Shown one piece after another: positions 6,991 to 12,206 of a DNA stretch of 12,206 nucleotides; position 1 is the stretch's first letter, and each line of letters opens with the position of its first letter. The stretch is from NCBI GenBank assembly GCA_001742785.1, contig MCBF01000001.1, positions 534,358 to 546,563 of the forward strand, written 5' to 3'. This stretch comes from Candidatus Altiarchaeales archaeon IMC4. Lineage in GTDB: Archaea; Altiarchaeota; Altiarchaeia; IMC4. The notes below the pieces were generated by a model. That model saw only the letters and a program-made list of their open reading frames with translations, did no database searches and had not been told where the DNA came from. The position numbers and the translations under genes are program-made.

Positions 6991-7206
6991 GCCGAACTAC
7001 GAGTTACTATAATACTGTAGATTCTCGTTACTGAAGACTACAACCTATGACAGTCCTTTCTTGGACTGGATTTATGTTTAACTGGTGGTTGTTTTTGCAA
7101 CTCTCAGTGTCAGTTCATATTCAACACATTGAAATCCCAAAAGGGATTTCATGGCATTGTAATTCTTCCAAATTACAATATGAAGGCACATTCACGTGTG
7201 CCCGAT

Positions 7207-7242
7207 GTGGGTAATTGCTAAGGCCAAACTTGGTGCAAACCA
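7207..7242 (+). other. 5' arm of the pre-16S processing stem (relaxed BHB)
   Basis: GTGGGTAATTGCTAA-GGCC-aaa-CTTGGTGCAAACCA pairs with 8856-8892. Confidence 0.8.
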
Positions 7243-7264
7243 AAAATTCCTTTGTGACCAATTA

Positions 7265-8754
<1,490 letters not shown>

Positions 8755-8855
8755 AGTCTTTTTAAAAGACTTATTTGAAATATAGAGTTTCATCCGTATT
8801 AGAAAGTGTAACTTTCTAATAGGACACAAAAATTCAACAAATTGAATTTTTCGTG

Positions 8856-8892
8856 TGGTTTGCACCGAGGGCTAAATTTGGCAATTACCCAC
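8856..8892 (+). other. 3' arm of the pre-16S processing stem
   Basis: TGGTTTGCACCGAG-GGCT-aaat-TTGGCAATTACCCAC is complementary to 7207-7242. Confidence 0.8.
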
Positions 8893-8950
8893 TCAGGATT
8901 TCACGTAAATCCGTTGGGTCCATGGGCCGATCCGGACCACGGGCCTGAAA

Positions 8951-9024
8951 GGGCCCGTAGATCAGTCCGGTAGATCGCCCGCCTTGCACGCGGGAGGCCT
9001 CGGGTTCAAATCCCGACGGGTCCA
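8951..9024 (+). tRNA. tRNA-Ala(UGC), CCA not encoded
   Basis: Acceptor stem GGGCCCG/CGGGTCC with G3:U70; anticodon arm CCCGC-ctTGCac-GCGGG (TGC 8985-8987); GTTCAAAT T-loop. Confidence 0.97.
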
Positions 9025-9146
9025 AGTACAACCAATCACCTAACCTATATTCATTTAGTCATAAATGAAATTGATGCAGCTCATGATGAAAGTCATGAGT
9101 GAAGGATCGATAACGTTGGTGGCCAGCCTTCGTATGTGAGATCGTG

Positions 9147-9174
9147 CATAGGTAACTCGCCAAAAAGAATGTAC

Positions 9175-9180
<6 letters not shown>
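9147..9180 (+). other. 5' arm of the pre-23S processing stem (canonical 3-4-3 BHB)
   Basis: CATAGGTAACTC-GCCA-aaa-AGAATGTACAGGATT pairs with 12038-12071. Confidence 0.85.
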
Positions 9181-12037
<2,857 letters not shown>

Positions 12038-12045
<8 letters not shown>

Positions 12046-12071
12046 ACATTCTTGGTTAAGAGTTACCTATG
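12038..12071 (+). other. 3' arm of the pre-23S processing stem
   Basis: AATCTTGTACATTCT-TGGT-taa-GAGTTACCTATG is complementary to 9147-9180. Confidence 0.85.
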
Positions 12072-12077
12072 TGAAAC

Positions 12078-12105
12078 ACCTACCCCGTTAAATTGCGGGG
12101 TGGGT
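12078..12105 (+). terminator. GC-rich hairpin in the 3' trailer of the rRNA operon (terminator or spacer helix)
   Basis: ACCTACCCCG...CGGGGTGGGT stem followed by only a weak T-rich tail. Confidence 0.3.
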
Positions 12106-12206
12106 TGCTTTGCACCGCACATGGATAAAAGAAGGTTTAATATGTAGTACTGTAATAATTAATGGGAATTAGTCGTTTTCCGTACCAAATTGCCCATATA
12201 TTATAT

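Noticed and set aside
9106..9118. 13-nt match CGATAACGTTGGT between the rRNA spacer and the IS481 end
   Set aside because: A 13-mer match somewhere in a 12-kb self-comparison is expected by chance, and it does not extend.

Overview
Archaeal chromosomal segment; a DPANN-like lineage, possibly Altiarchaeota, is inferred from the divergent rRNA and the class III signal-peptide gene and is not verified. Bases 1-981 read as a stack of nested mobile-element remnants. In order these are the 3' end and right end of an IS200-type tnpA (itself frameshifted by a 50-56 nt double-hairpin insert), two tandem IS481-type left ends with a 35-codon transposase stub, an IS1634-like transposase stub, and a structured attC-like site that abuts a 5'-truncated nitroreductase. 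Next come RPA (multi-OB-fold plus Zn finger), a class II Fic protein with an inverted-repeat operator, infB/aIF5B, a class III signal-peptide (pilin-like) gene and hisH. The window ends with an intron-free 16S - tRNA-Ala(UGC) - 23S operon with bulge-helix-bulge processing stems, several primer-site mismatches and unusual peptidyl-transferase-centre bases. Family assignments come from motif recognition by eye; no searches were run.
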